Source: Botryllus schlosseri
Lineage: Eukaryota
Length of the DNA: 64,000 bases
Direction: 5' to 3'
Assembly: GCA_051294905.1 (NCBI GenBank)
Contig: CM119371.1
Location: 744,001-808,000 of the forward strand
This document shows positions 51,351-63,235 of the stretch, piece by piece. The notes under the pieces are model-generated. The model was given only the letters and a program-made list of their open reading frames with translations, was not told the DNA's origin and did not search any database. Position 1 is the first letter of the stretch; every line of letters begins with the position of its first letter. Position numbers and translations under genes: made by a program.

Positions 51351-52228
51351 AGTATAGAGCCACAGCCTGGATCTAGGAATGCGTTAGAGATCACTCTAAC
51401 TTTTGAATCGGGGGAGGTGATTATGACCGGTAGGACGGCTAAGCGCACAGGATTCACTTTCCCGTTTAGCGAGGATGACATCGTGTTGACGTCAGCGAAT
51501 ATTTTATTTTGGAAACCCCAGTGGAGTAGGGTGTGATGCAATGAGTTGCAGCCGTCGATGTAGCACTTGCATTCTGACTTACATGTACGGGGTTCATGCC
51601 CGTAATTCAGGCAGGTGGTGCAGATCCGTTTTTCTTCCACGCACTTTTTACGCTCATCTGGGGTCTTCTGATGGAAGACGTCGCATTTGTAGATCTGGTG
51701 TGTGCCACTGCAGAGATGACAGCGCGGTGGCGGCGGTCTTTGCGAATTGCTTTGTCGACGTTCACTGGAGGCACCGACGGGGCGCTCGACGGTTGTTGCG
51801 TTCACTTTCACTTGCGTGGTGCATCTTGCGGCTCTGGCGTTCGGCATGTTGGCTACGAGTCTTCCCATGCGAGTTCTCCCGATATCAGCTGCACACTGCA
51901 CACACAACGAAGTCGACGAAGTCGTCAAAGGTTGGCTCGATGCCGTTTTTCATCGTATCATTGTACTTGTTGGTGAATCTTGTCATAAAGTTTTTGGGGA
52001 AGCGCTTTACTATTTTGTCAAAAACGCCTGTCGCGTTCACTTGCGCTTTTGCTCTAAGTTGTGCAAGGACGTACCTGGCCGTTCTGAGCTCGTCAGATAC
52101 TTTTTGCAGCGCCCTACTGTCGCTAGGTTCAACATGATTATCTTAAGTTAAATTATCAATGAATGCATCAATAACGTAGTTTTCGCGGCCAAATTTATCG
52201 TACAGAATTTTGCGGGCATGTGAGTAGC
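51323..52228 (-). pseudogene. BEL gag C-terminal part (capsid-like, three zinc knuckles) and protease N-terminus, disrupted
   Basis: GYSHARKILYDKFG (frameshift at about 52230), TAA at 52143-52145, frameshift at about 51905, CHLCSGTHQIYKC / CTTCLNYGHEPRTC / CYIDGCNSLHHTLLH, FLDPGC catalytic motif, 1-nt deletion at about 51335. Confidence 0.9.
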
Positions 52229-54352
52229 CTACGCTTCCTCGTCATGCTGATTAGCACGACAACCAGAAAGTGAAGACTCCGCATCACCAGTACAAAACGA
52301 GATCAATCTATTTAGTTTGGTCCGGGCTGAGTGTCTCTCACTAGGATGTGCATTTACAGGCTCGAAAGCGGAATCAAATTCATCGATAAAACGGTAGTAA
52401 TCTCGCGGGCTGCCATCAAAACTTGAGATTGTTATGGTATGTAGGTCCATCCCACGTTTCATGGAGCCTAGCATACTGTTCAATGACATGGCACAAGGAT
52501 CGTTAAGCGAGTTCACCGAACCGTGCGGTGGAATAGAAGCGACATAATCCCCATGCGGGCGATAATAACTAGAACCGGTTTGGTCGCGGGAATGAGGACT
52601 GTGCCAAGTGTGCTCATATGGCGCGTAATGTCTATCGGCGCCTGGATCGCGATAGCGAGAGGTGAGATCAGAGTGCCCATGGGGCGCGTAATGACTATAG
52701 TCGGCTTGACCGTGGTAATGAGAGGTTGTATGGGTGTGCGTGTATGGCACGGTATGACTATGGGCGGTTTGATCGCCATAGCGAGAGGTTGGGTCGGTGT
52801 GCGCGTACGACACGGTATGACTATCGGCGGTTACATCGCGATAACGAGAGTTTGGATCGGCGTGCCCATATGGCGCGTTATGACTATCGGCGGTTCGATC
52901 GCGATAACGAGAGGTTGGATCGGCGTGTGCGTACGGCACGGTATGACTATCGGCGGTTACATCGCGATAACGAGAGTTTGGATCGGCGTGCCCATATGGC
53001 GCGTTATGACTATCGGCGGTTCGATCGCGATAACGAGAGGTTGGATCGGCGTGTGCGTACGACACGGTATGACTATCGGCGGTTACATCGCGATAACGAG
53101 AGTTTGGATCGGCGTGCCCATATGGCGCGTTATGACTATCGGCGGTTCGATCGCGATAACGAGAGGTTGGATCGGCGTGTGCGTACGGCACGGTATGACT
53201 ATCGGCGGTTTGATCGCGATAACTAGAGGTTGGATCGGCGTGAGCGTACGGCATGGTATGACTATCGGCGGTTTGATCGCGATAACGAGAGGTTGGATCG
53301 GCGTGCGCGTATGGCACAGTATGACTATCAGCGGATTGATCACGATAGCGAGAGATGGGATCGTTCTGCCACTGTGGAGTACTTTGCGAATACGAGGGAG
53401 TTGCTGGCTCCGAGCGCGAATTAAAGGGCCGGGAATGTGTGCCTATCTCTCGAGCCTGGCTACCAAGATCATCAGCTGCGAAACTGACGGACAGACGACT
53501 GCTACGGTTAGGGGTTTGTCTTAGATCATGCGCGACTTGTGTACTAGCCAATGCCGTCGACTGATGAGTGTCTGTCAACGATAGGGTTACCGCCGGCTCC
53601 GTTGCGAGCCTCTGCCCAGCACTACTGGCTGTGGCAGATGCAGGCGTTCCCCAGGTAACGAAACTCGATGTTTGCGTAGTGAGCAAATCTAAAGGTTCAG
53701 TACTCACAGCACCATTTTCTCCTTCGAGGACAAGTGATCCGACGGAACCGCCGCCGGATTCTTCTTCGGCAATTTCCAAGTTTGAAGTAAATTCGAGAAT
53801 CTCCAGATTTTCTTCAAGTTCTTCTGCGATGCTAGCTTCTTTGGCTTTTTCTGTAGCTCTTCTTGCTTCTTGTCTGAGTTTTATCTTTTCGATTGACAGT
53901 CTAGCATCGCGTGCTGCGGATGATTTTTTGGAAGATGTGACAGAATGAGGACTCGCAGGTATCTCCGAGGTTCGAGGCTTAATGTAGTCAAGGGTGACAT
54001 CGGAAGAAGAGTTTACGTTTTCTTTTCGGTAATCTTGGAAGGCACGACCAGCCTGACGCTGACCCTGTACGACTGTCAACAACAGTCCTTGTATCTGCAA
54101 GACGCTCTCCTGTAGAGCAGGATTCATTTTAGCTTTTTCGATCAATCCGTAGAAGTCGTCAATGAGTTTACTGCATAGTTCATCTAGTTCGCAGTTACAC
54201 TTGATAGCGTTTTCAGTAGACGACGTATTCTGTATGGCGGAGGAGAAAGCGTCTTTAGCTTTCTCGTAGGCAACTCTGGAACTTTCCAGGACTGCGTCGA
54301 TATGCTGCTTGTTCAACTCTTGTTGACCAACGGCTTGTAAGGTTCGATCCAT
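52229..54352 (-). CDS. BEL gag N-terminal part with 12 x 21-aa repeats
   Basis: First ATG at 54352 (the ORF track begins at a GTG at 54370); coiled-coil region, repeat block, then ISSFDGSPRDYYRFIDEF..KLNRLISFCTGDA (DUF1759-like). Confidence 0.9.
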   Translation of the reverse strand: MDRTLQAVGQQELNKQHIDAVLESSRVAYEKAKDAFSSAIQNTSSTENAIKCNCELDELCSKLIDDFYGLIEKAKMNPALQESVLQIQGLLLTVVQGQRQAGRAFQDYRKENVNSSSDVTLDYIKPRTSEIPASPHSVTSSKKSSAARDARLSIEKIKLRQEARRATEKAKEASIAEELEENLEILEFTSNLEIAEEESGGGSVGSLVLEGENGAVSTEPLDLLTTQTSSFVTWGTPASATASSAGQRLATEPAVTLSLTDTHQSTALASTQVAHDLRQTPNRSSRLSVSFAADDLGSQAREIGTHSRPFNSRSEPATPSYSQSTPQWQNDPISRYRDQSADSHTVPYAHADPTSRYRDQTADSHTMPYAHADPTSSYRDQTADSHTVPYAHADPTSRYRDRTADSHNAPYGHADPNSRYRDVTADSHTVSYAHADPTSRYRDRTADSHNAPYGHADPNSRYRDVTADSHTVPYAHADPTSRYRDRTADSHNAPYGHADPNSRYRDVTADSHTVSYAHTDPTSRYGDQTAHSHTVPYTHTHTTSHYHGQADYSHYAPHGHSDLTSRYRDPGADRHYAPYEHTWHSPHSRDQTGSSYYRPHGDYVASIPPHGSVNSLNDPCAMSLNSMLGSMKRGMDLHTITISSFDGSPRDYYRFIDEFDSAFEPVNAHPSERHSARTKLNRLISFCTGDAESSLSGCRANQHDEEA
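52609..53365 (-). repeat. 63-bp in-frame tandem repeat in gag (ADPTSRYRDRTADSHNAPYGH-type), central units in a 126-bp A/B alternation
   Basis: Read directly from the translation; units 4-9 alternate ...RDRT..NAPYGH / ...RDVT..TV(S/P)YAH. Confidence 0.95.
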
Positions 54353-54371
54353 ATCGAGGTCGGTCAGCACT

Positions 54372-54384
54372 CGTAATTTTTAAC
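54372..54384 (-). promoter_or_regulatory. Putative self-priming PBS (GTTAAAAATTACG), complementary to LTR segment 54578-54590
   Basis: Lies 3 nt from the end of the 5' LTR; no TGG tRNA-type PBS is present; perfect 13-nt reverse complement within the LTR. Confidence 0.7.
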
Positions 54385-54387
54385 TTT

Positions 54388-54772
54388 TGTCCTTGTTGAC
54401 AACGTGATCAATTCTGCACAAGAACTGGTACAACTCGTCGGCGAGTTGGACTGGAGTATTCGCTGCTAGTATGACTGACTTCGTAGTATTAATAACTGAC
54501 TGCCAAGCCCAGACACAATAGATCCCCGATGTGTGTATTACAGAATGACGTACGATGAATCCAGACTATAGCATAACGTTAAAAATTACGTTGGCAAATA
54601 CTCTAAAATATGAGATCACAATAATGACAGTTAGAATCAAGAACAACAAAGGACCCTGTTTACAATGCGGCGACTATGGAAAGACTGAGCATGTGCTACT
54701 ACACTTGCCCTCATGCGGCGAGGCGGTCATGTGTGACGTTATCATAGATACAGTCTGAAAACCAACTTGACA
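54388..54772 (-). repeat. 5' LTR of the BEL element
   Basis: 385 bp, TGTCAAG...CAAGGACA in element orientation. Confidence 0.97.
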
Positions 54773-56118
54773 ATGTCTATTTCAATGAAGTGGACCAATT
54801 TCCAGGCAATCCGTGTCATATATTTTTTCGTTCACTGGCGATGCCTTCATTCAAACCCCACCCTGGGACCTTGTCAAGATTAAAACAAGTGGAAAAGACA
54901 TCCCTGCCACTTTCGGCATACCTGGAACACGATTTTTGGTCATGTCGGTGTGTTGAAATTGGTCATCGTAAATACTATTATTCAAAAAATGACCGAAATT
55001 TCAATTGGAGTGACCTCGGTTTCTACTGGTTGGAATTGAATCGAATTTGGTGTGCAACGTTTTAGCACACTCAAATGACCTATTTTCGAGAATTTGTCCT
55101 CTCTTTTGAAAATTCTGGTAGTAAAATGTATGTGAAAATTCAACTGAGAAATTTGAAATAAGTACTGAAGTAACGCTCCGGCAGGTCTTTCGGGAATTGA
55201 GCCAGAATGGTGACCTTTTTTTTACTCAACCAACTACAAAATTGGAATAAATTTGCCAATTTTTTTAAATTTCACTCCTGTATTGCCACTCTGAATTTTT
55301 TTTAAAGGTGTCCTCCTTTCAGATTCCCAAAATATGGTAACCCTAATCGACACTCAATTCTGAGTCGAAAAAGTGCTCAGTGTCTGTGAGTTCACAGTTT
55401 TATGCAAAAACGGACCACAAAGTAGTGATCTACAGAAGTTGATTATAATTATGACACCAAAATATAATTTAAATATATGTAGTCGCACTTCTTTTGCGTT
55501 TACCATTCAACATCTCCTTGGCTCCTGGAGAAACCCGAATCGCGATGTAAAAATCACGAACCAAATTTCAACGTGTACGTTTACGGTTAAATCGCTTGTA
55601 TACCCCACAATGCTTACACAGGATTGTCAGATTCCGACTAAAACAAAGCAAGCATAGCAATTCGCCAACGTATATCGTCGGTCCGGCCCTTCATCGTAAT
55701 TTAGCCAATTCGGTTCTTTGCAACTAATGAAGGTATTGAGGGAATAGAACCATATGGCCGTGATATAACGTGATTAATATAATGCGTATAAGCTTTATAA
55801 TAAAGTATTCAAGTGAAAACAAGGGCATGGATTTAAGTGTAATATTTTGGAATCATTTGACTGGTCCGGCCCGCGAGTGCTCATAAAGTTTGACTCTGAC
55901 CCGCTACGCCAGTTGAGTTTGGCACCCCTGCTTTAGATGAACAAATTACAAGAAATCACGAACTCCGCAACTGCGATGGATATCTCGGCCATGGAATAGA
56001 ACTTAATTCATGTGGATTGGACTCATACTGTGCGGCAGAACTCAATGATAAACGTGCGATGGTGGTAGGAGAACGTTCAATACATCCAATGCAACTAAAA
56101 CTGGATGATAAATACAAC

Positions 56119-56286
56119 CTTTTTTTGCCGACAAGCTTCTAACGTCTTCCAGAATTCATCTGTGTTCCCAACGTAAAACATGGCATGAATATTGCCAAAA
56201 ACGGAAATTGCTGTCCTGCGCTCCAAAATTCGGCTGTAATCCTGGACAGGTATCAGGCCATTCACGGCAATATCCAGGAGATCCAA
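56119..56286 (-). CDS. Candidate host exon LDLLDIAVNGLIPVQDYSRILERRTAISVFGNIHAMFYVGNTDEFWKTLEACRQKK
   Basis: Good acceptor gttttgcattttAG, 56 codons, phase 0/0; the donor GTTGTA is weak. Joins in phase with 45078-45267. Confidence 0.4.
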
Positions 56287-58925
56287 CTAAAATGCAAAAC
56301 ACAGTTTATCCCAGACTTTAATATAGCTGCCTAAGAGATGATTGGTTTCAAGTCATATGAAATGATAGGTAAATATAAATGCGTTTGAAAATACTTTGAG
56401 AATAGAATCAGGAATCATACTTGATACTTTTTCCAGCAAGTCTCAATCAACGACCAATCAATGATTTCTTCTTTTTCCGTGCAATCGAACAGGATCTTGC
56501 TTATCTAAACACAATATTGATTTAATTACGTAAGATGACGAAATTGTCTCGATGTTTTCCTATTTGAATAATTATTCATATCGGTAAAGTTCAATACTGA
56601 TTCATTAGAATTCTTCGATTCTCCATAATGCATATGCTACATCGGTATTAGTCTCATTCCAGACAATTATTTTATCTCAAGTAGAAGTGAAAGTAGCGAT
56701 TCACAATTAGGTAAAATATAATTATTGCATGCCTAGTTTTGCGTGAAAATGAAATCTGCCAAATAGAAGTAGTATGAAATCTTAACCACTTGAGTACGCA
56801 GGAAAAGTAGGATAAATCTACCTGAAGTACTACAACAAGTAGAGGTACATTGTTACTGACCACCTCTAGATAAATGTTGTAAGGAACGCAGGATAGCCTA
56901 TGTAACGATGTCGCTTATGTTTATGCAAAGGATTAATTTTATCCAGACTGTAAAACATATTAGAATCTGCGTAAAAATGGCACGGAAAGAAGCATACCCT
57001 ATTTTAAATTTTATCTACCTGCTTTTGAAACCAACATTTCGAGCAGGCATTGTTGCTTTTCACCTCAGACTACGCCAATGCTTTAGCGCACATTGCGAGA
57101 TGATCAGTAGCAATCTGCTTCTACTTCTTAAAAGTATGTGGTTGATGTAACGATTTCACTTATGAAATTGATGCAAAATTATACCAGAAACATGTACTGC
57201 ACTCTAAAAATTATGTAGTCTCACATTGAAGGGCAAAACGAAAACAAAATTTGGCCCCAGCCATTTTCTACAGAACGCCACCGTACTGGAGCTGCAATTT
57301 ATTGAAATTTCCGCAGGACCTTCACGCTTCAGCAGTCATACAGAGATCGAACTTTATATAGTTGTCAGTCAATGTTATGAAGGAAATATGTCGTACATGT
57401 CAAGGTGGTTTAGATACCGCGTTCAACGGAAGATGCTCAGTGAGGAGATTTATGTCAAAATTGGGCCTAGTGTATTCTATTTCTTCAGGACAGAAATAGA
57501 TGATGCTCAACAATTTTCTTATAAATAAACAATATTTTATGCATAAGAATAAGACATGATTTTAGACTACTTTCACGCAAAATTGCTTACTTTTCACGAA
57601 ATGGATTTTGAGTGATAGAAAGTAGTTTTGTGTTACGTTTGTATCACTGTGATGCGTGAAATCGTCTTAAGAAATCGCAATAGACATTATGGTAACTGTT
57701 GAATCTAATTTCCAATATTATACAAATTTGCAATAATAATCATTTTTAGTTACTCGCAGAGACTCATCTTCTAATTTACAAAGTAACCGCTAGCGATAAA
57801 TCACCAAACACTTACGAGCGATCGACCAAAACTACTTTTCGAAACTCAAGTACTTACAACGGTACTTTTCAAACTTGTTACTTTCTACCTCCACTTGAAG
57901 TAGTCTTAACACATCGTGGACACATCTATTTCTACATATAATTGCATATAAAATTAAAACGTTTCTTCTACTTCTTCGCGATTAGCAAAGCTGACTACTT
58001 TCACCACATCTACGCACAATCGAGACTCGACACTTGACACGCAATACTAGAGATGCAAGTAGAGTAGAAATTCACAATAGAAGTTTTTGTCGAACAGTGA
58101 TGAGCGGATTTGAAATTTCACAATACAAATCGTCTTCAAATCCAGAATTAATTTTGTCTAAACTCTAAGTCCAAATCCGATAACGGTTGAAATTTGTCCA
58201 AAAGTATCATGGAAATTGAACAATATCGGAAAATATTTTGCAATAATATTATAGGAAATGTATCTAATACCTTGTTTAATTTATAGTCAGATAACTTCTG
58301 CAAATCATCCTGCTTGGCCAACAGTTGCATTTGTTCTTTAAATTTGATAAATTCAGCATCAAAAAGTATTCCAAGAAATACAACGTCAGCTACGTCATGA
58401 GCCCAGTTGAACGATAGACTGGAATCCTGGAAAAAAAATGTCAGTCACGTCACCATCTGCACCAATAAGACAGAGGCACGATCATACATGAGCAGATTAT
58501 TGTTACTACTGAAGGCTAGTGCGGGTGAGGCGATTGCTATGATGCTTGTCTGCTGGGAAATGCGATGTGAAAGAAACTCATTCCTTATTTTTTGAAAGAT
58601 GTAACCTAACCTTTCCAATTAACTTGATAATCAAAGTACAGTGCCGGTAATTTTTTTCATAAATTCATCATGTAAAAACTATTTACTATATAATCAGCAC
58701 AAATTGTTTGCTTACTATTCTCAACAAAAGCATCTCGTCTTCATGACGCTCATCATTACGTAATAATCTACATCCTGGCAATACTACACCGCAAGGTCAT
58801 TGTTGTACGTGCCTAGTGTAGCTGACAGCTTCTTACAGTAAAGTCAGAGAAATGAGCGAAACTTCATTCCTATCATTAGTATGGACTCGTTATCAAACTT
58901 GAATCGTCTTGCATTCATGCATCAC

Positions 58926-59078
58926 CTTCATGTGACCTTCAATCCAGCCTCCACTTATCTTGATGACATCTTCTTCGTTCTTCAATTCAACATCCCATTC
59001 ATCTACAGTCAGCTTAACAACCTGAATTTTATCCAGATGTGAAACTTGACATTGTGCATTATATCGATCATCCACCAT
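58926..59078 (-). CDS. Candidate host exon MVDDRYNAQC...ISGGWIEGHMK
   Basis: AG/GT bounded, 51 codons, phase 0/0, protein-like composition; weak splice contexts. Confidence 0.25.
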
Positions 59079-62000
59079 CTATCGTGAAGTCATAGCTTAC
59101 ATACAGTGACGACCGCAGCCTCACAGATCATCTTGTGCTATACTTCTTTGACACGGGTCACAGATTTCACTGAAGTTTTTGCCGGTGGCGGCATTTTGCT
59201 ACTTTAGTGGCTCGATATCTCAAAAAATACTTGTTTATATCAGGTAAGAAATATCATGGCGGAATGCGTAGAAAAAGTATAAGTATGGAGACGAATATAT
59301 TTTGGGCAATATAGTTGACCTTTAATCAAATCGTAAGCACCCGGAACCGTATTCCTGCATTGACACGAATTCATGAGCTAATTACTTTCCTATTGTGAGC
59401 ATGTAAATCAGAATTACTTCATTGATAACATAGTGAGTCCCATAATACAAGGGAAATAAAACACTACAGTCAAAAACGCTGTTACAATTAGGGCTGGCAC
59501 AATGATTCGAGTGCTCAAATATGAATCGAATATCAATTTTAATGATTCTGGCCGAGTAGTAAAAGTCGATTTTCTCAAGTACCGAAATTGTGCGTTCGTC
59601 GACACTGAAAGTTACTTTATTGACAAAAATTGTAGTTTTGACACTATTTGTCACTGGTGAAACCTTGAAATCACGATTGGCCGCATAGCTTCATATCAAA
59701 CATATGGTACAAAGCTACGAACCTTAATGGAATAACATATTTTCAAAGTCATGATCATCGACCAAAATTGCCACAAATTGCAATGAAATTGGTATGTTCA
59801 AAAAAATACTGAAGTATCCTTTATTGTGATGCATAACAACAGGCATTATATTATTTGTGGTGACATAAAAGGAAGGCCTACATATATGAACTTTTACATA
59901 TTACATTCTGTTATGACGTCATGTAACGAGTAATACTCGAATAGACGACTCGACTCTAAGCTTTATGTGATTTTGAATCAAATCACTCAGATACTCGATT
60001 TTTCCCAGCCATGGTTATAATCAGTGAACAATTTCGCTATGCAATGTCAAAAGCATTGTGTTGGCCTGAAAGCCAGATGCGCACTTTGTTGAATAGGAGT
60101 AGTAATATTCTGTTGCGTACTAATTCATGTGGACATACACACTTTTGAATTTTGACGATGCTGACAATGTTACTTTTCATTTACGCAGTACATTTGTAGG
60201 GGCACGCGGCGTTTGCTTACGTAAAAGTGACATAATTTTTCAAAATATTGATGAGCAAGTCGATCATGGCCTGACTGGCTGGTATCGATCACACGTCACA
60301 CCAATATCAAATTTCATTACATTGCATTCATTCCATTCATTGTCAATCTAGTAGAAAATTGATATTTGTTGATGAAGTCGTGACATTAGCTCAGCGCTCT
60401 TATTGCTACCACTACTCTACATAATCCACCATTTTACCAAATTCGATCACATAGCTCGATATGAATGACACAGTGCGGATTATTAAAACATCATATAAGT
60501 GGGTAAATACTCTACGGCTTAGGGATGAAAGCAGAGTAGGACTGTTCAAAATATTTTTTTAGATTTCACTAGACATGCGATAATATTGTCTGGTTGGTTG
60601 AAGCAACGCTATAAACCAAATTTGGCTTCAAGTCCAACCAGTATAAGTGAGATTCTTGCTGTATAAAGAAAAGAATTTTTTTCTTTCAACCCATAAAATT
60701 GTTTGACTATCAGTAGAGATGATGTATCCCAAATTTAGCTCAAATCCAATCACTAGAAGCGAAGTTATTGCAGTAGTAATATATCCAATTCCATGATTTT
60801 ATAAGAAATGATTCTAGCTTTCACTACAACATATTTACTGAACTTAAAATACTTTTCGGGTGTCTCTTTAAGAGTTAATTGCACAGTAAAGGGATTTAAA
60901 TGGATTTAGAAGCGAAACCAAATCTCTTCAACTCCCTTCAGTGTGCCGGCAACTCTTGAAAAGAGGCGTCCGAAAAGTCTCCAAGATTAATAAATATTAA
61001 ACTACGATTGCAAAATTTGGTAAGCATCATCCCTACTGAAAGCCTACAAATTTGATGGGTTGACAGGAAAATTTTGATTTTTTTTTCATTTTTAATGATA
61101 AATCCCAAACTGTCTACTGCAAGAAACTAGCTTCTATTGATTGCAATTGACCCAAAGTTGTTTTCACCAACCTAACAATTTTATAACATTGCCATTGGAA
61201 TTTGAAGAAAAAGTTTTTTTTAGCAGCGTTTAATAATGCAGAGGTATGTTGTATAATGCTGTCTATTACGACTATGACGTCACAACTCTCCGCATATCCC
61301 CTTAAAATTATAGTGCAGCGCCTATAGGCCTATGATTGTTAGTAAACAACTCAATCACTCGATCTCACTTCCCAATCCAATTTTTCAGATAGCGATTCAA
61401 TCAGACGATGCCCGAGAAGTGAACGTAGCGCTTTTGCTGAGAAATTGTTGCAGCGCATATCCACTACTTCCACCTGGAATGATGACAATATTTTACGAAA
61501 CATTCAAGAGAACTAATCGAGAAAGACAGTTGGAAGCCACAATCTATTTTCATTATGGCCGAAGGATATTCCATACAACGTACATTATAAAGCAAATGCT
61601 GATACTTCAAAGTTCCTGCTGTCAGCAAATTCGCAAGCAATTAAATTTCATTGGATACATATTTTACAAGCAATATGATGCGAATTCATTGCCTTTATTA
61701 AAAATAATTGCAAAATCGACACAGATTTGGATTTCAAGAATATTAGTCATTTTCAGATTTACATATTTATGCTAGTGTCACTATATTATTGTGGCACTAT
61801 TTAGTACCTACTAGCTAGCGGGTTTCACGATAAAATATCGATAAAATACATGCCAATATGATATCAAACTATCTGAGCTTTGCCCAGGCTTACTCAGAGC
61901 ATATTTTGGAAGCAGAGTATGTTCAACATCCTTGCGATCCCCATAATGAAGGCAAACGACCGTAGGTTCAAAGCCACGGTCTCTTACTAAACCATTCAAA

Positions 62001-62684
62001 CGGCTTCCAGCGGTCACAACGGTCAGATTTATTTGTTTTTAATCTCTGTCCAGTACTGAGGCTTGCTGCAACAATTTCAAAAAGAAGTTTTCAACCAAGG
62101 CTTCATCCAACTTGATCACACATTTGTAGATATGTTATCTCAATGTTAGCTTAATTTACTGCGGCCAGAAACTTTCCGCACCCTAATGTTCATCAAATGC
62201 AGTCTTACAGTTTATGAGCAAGTGAAACGTCAATGCGAACCTAATCTTTGTAATTTATATCGATTGGGACACTCCTTATCGGTATCATCCTTATCGCCTT
62301 ACCAATTGCATTACATTCACCTTACTCAGCTCCGAGTATTCGTTTGACTGGATTTCATTGACTGCCTTGTATCCTATTCGCTATTTGTCGTTGCCAGTCA
62401 CTCAAACTTTTTGTTGTTTATAGTCGCCTAAAAAAATTTCTCTGTTTTGTATTTTTCAGTGCTCATGATTAGAAATAGTTCAAATACGTTCAGGTTTTTA
62501 GTTCTAATTAAAGGTAATTCTACAGTACGAATCATGATTGAAATATGAATAGCTTGAGATTGTTGCTAATTACATCGCTACAGTTTTCAAAGAGCACCTC
62601 TCTAGCGAATCGATCAGACTTTTACCAGTAATTGTAATTATAATTGTATTTACTTACATGTTTACCAGTAATTGTAATTGTGGT

Positions 62685-63235
62685 CAGGATTCTAAAGACT
62701 CGAGTCACGATTTTCAGATGACTCGACTTAACTCGAGACATTTTTGCAAAATTCCGGAGTGACTCGACTCAACTCGAGTTAATCGGTGTATTGACTCGAT
62801 ATGAACTCGAGTCATTACGCATTACTCGAACCAAGTCATATGACTCGAGACTCAGACGGGCAAGATCAACATTTCAGTGTAATTTCAAAGAATAGTGAAG
62901 TGATCACGCTATTGGGATTTCGTCTATTGGCCCGGTACTTGGAAATGTTACCAGAAACTGCTACAAGTGAGGAAATTTAATATATTGTGAATTCGAACCA
63001 TTCGATATCAACAAACTGGGTTATAATAAGTGGTTTACCAAGACTTTAACTGGAAGCCGAGCCGTCAACACAATGACTTGGACTCGAGTCATACTATCAT
63101 GACTCGGACTCCAGCCTTTGATCGCCGACTTGGACTCGGTTGTGAGTTGATAATGAAACGACTTGACTGGAGTCAAAACTATGAAAATGAGATTAACTTG
63201 TTACTCGGAGCCTTTGTGACTAGGTTACAGCCCTG
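62685..63235. mobile_element. GACTCGAGTC-family MITE inserted in a GTAATT-rich repeat
   Basis: Ends CAGGATT... / ...GGTTACAGCCCTG; flanks ATTGTGGT/ATCGTAGT (6/8); same internal sequence as 23500-23950. Confidence 0.7.

Larger units (their letters stand above)
46893..54772 (-). mobile_element. Full-length BEL/Pao LTR retrotransposon (7880 bp), coding-defective
   Basis: Two 385-bp TG...CA LTRs, 5-bp TSD ATGTC (46888-46892 / 54773-54777), domain order gag-PR-RT-RH-IN with BEL-typical motifs. Confidence 0.97.

Noticed and set aside
52523-53524. Antisense ORFs of 333 aa and 166 aa (RYDYRRFDRD repeats) as genes
   Set aside because: They are a by-product of a stop-free 63-bp repeat; the minus frame continues into recognisable BEL gag.
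61935-61995. tRNA-like GGTTCAAAGCC segment
   Set aside because: No A-box or cloverleaf could be built.
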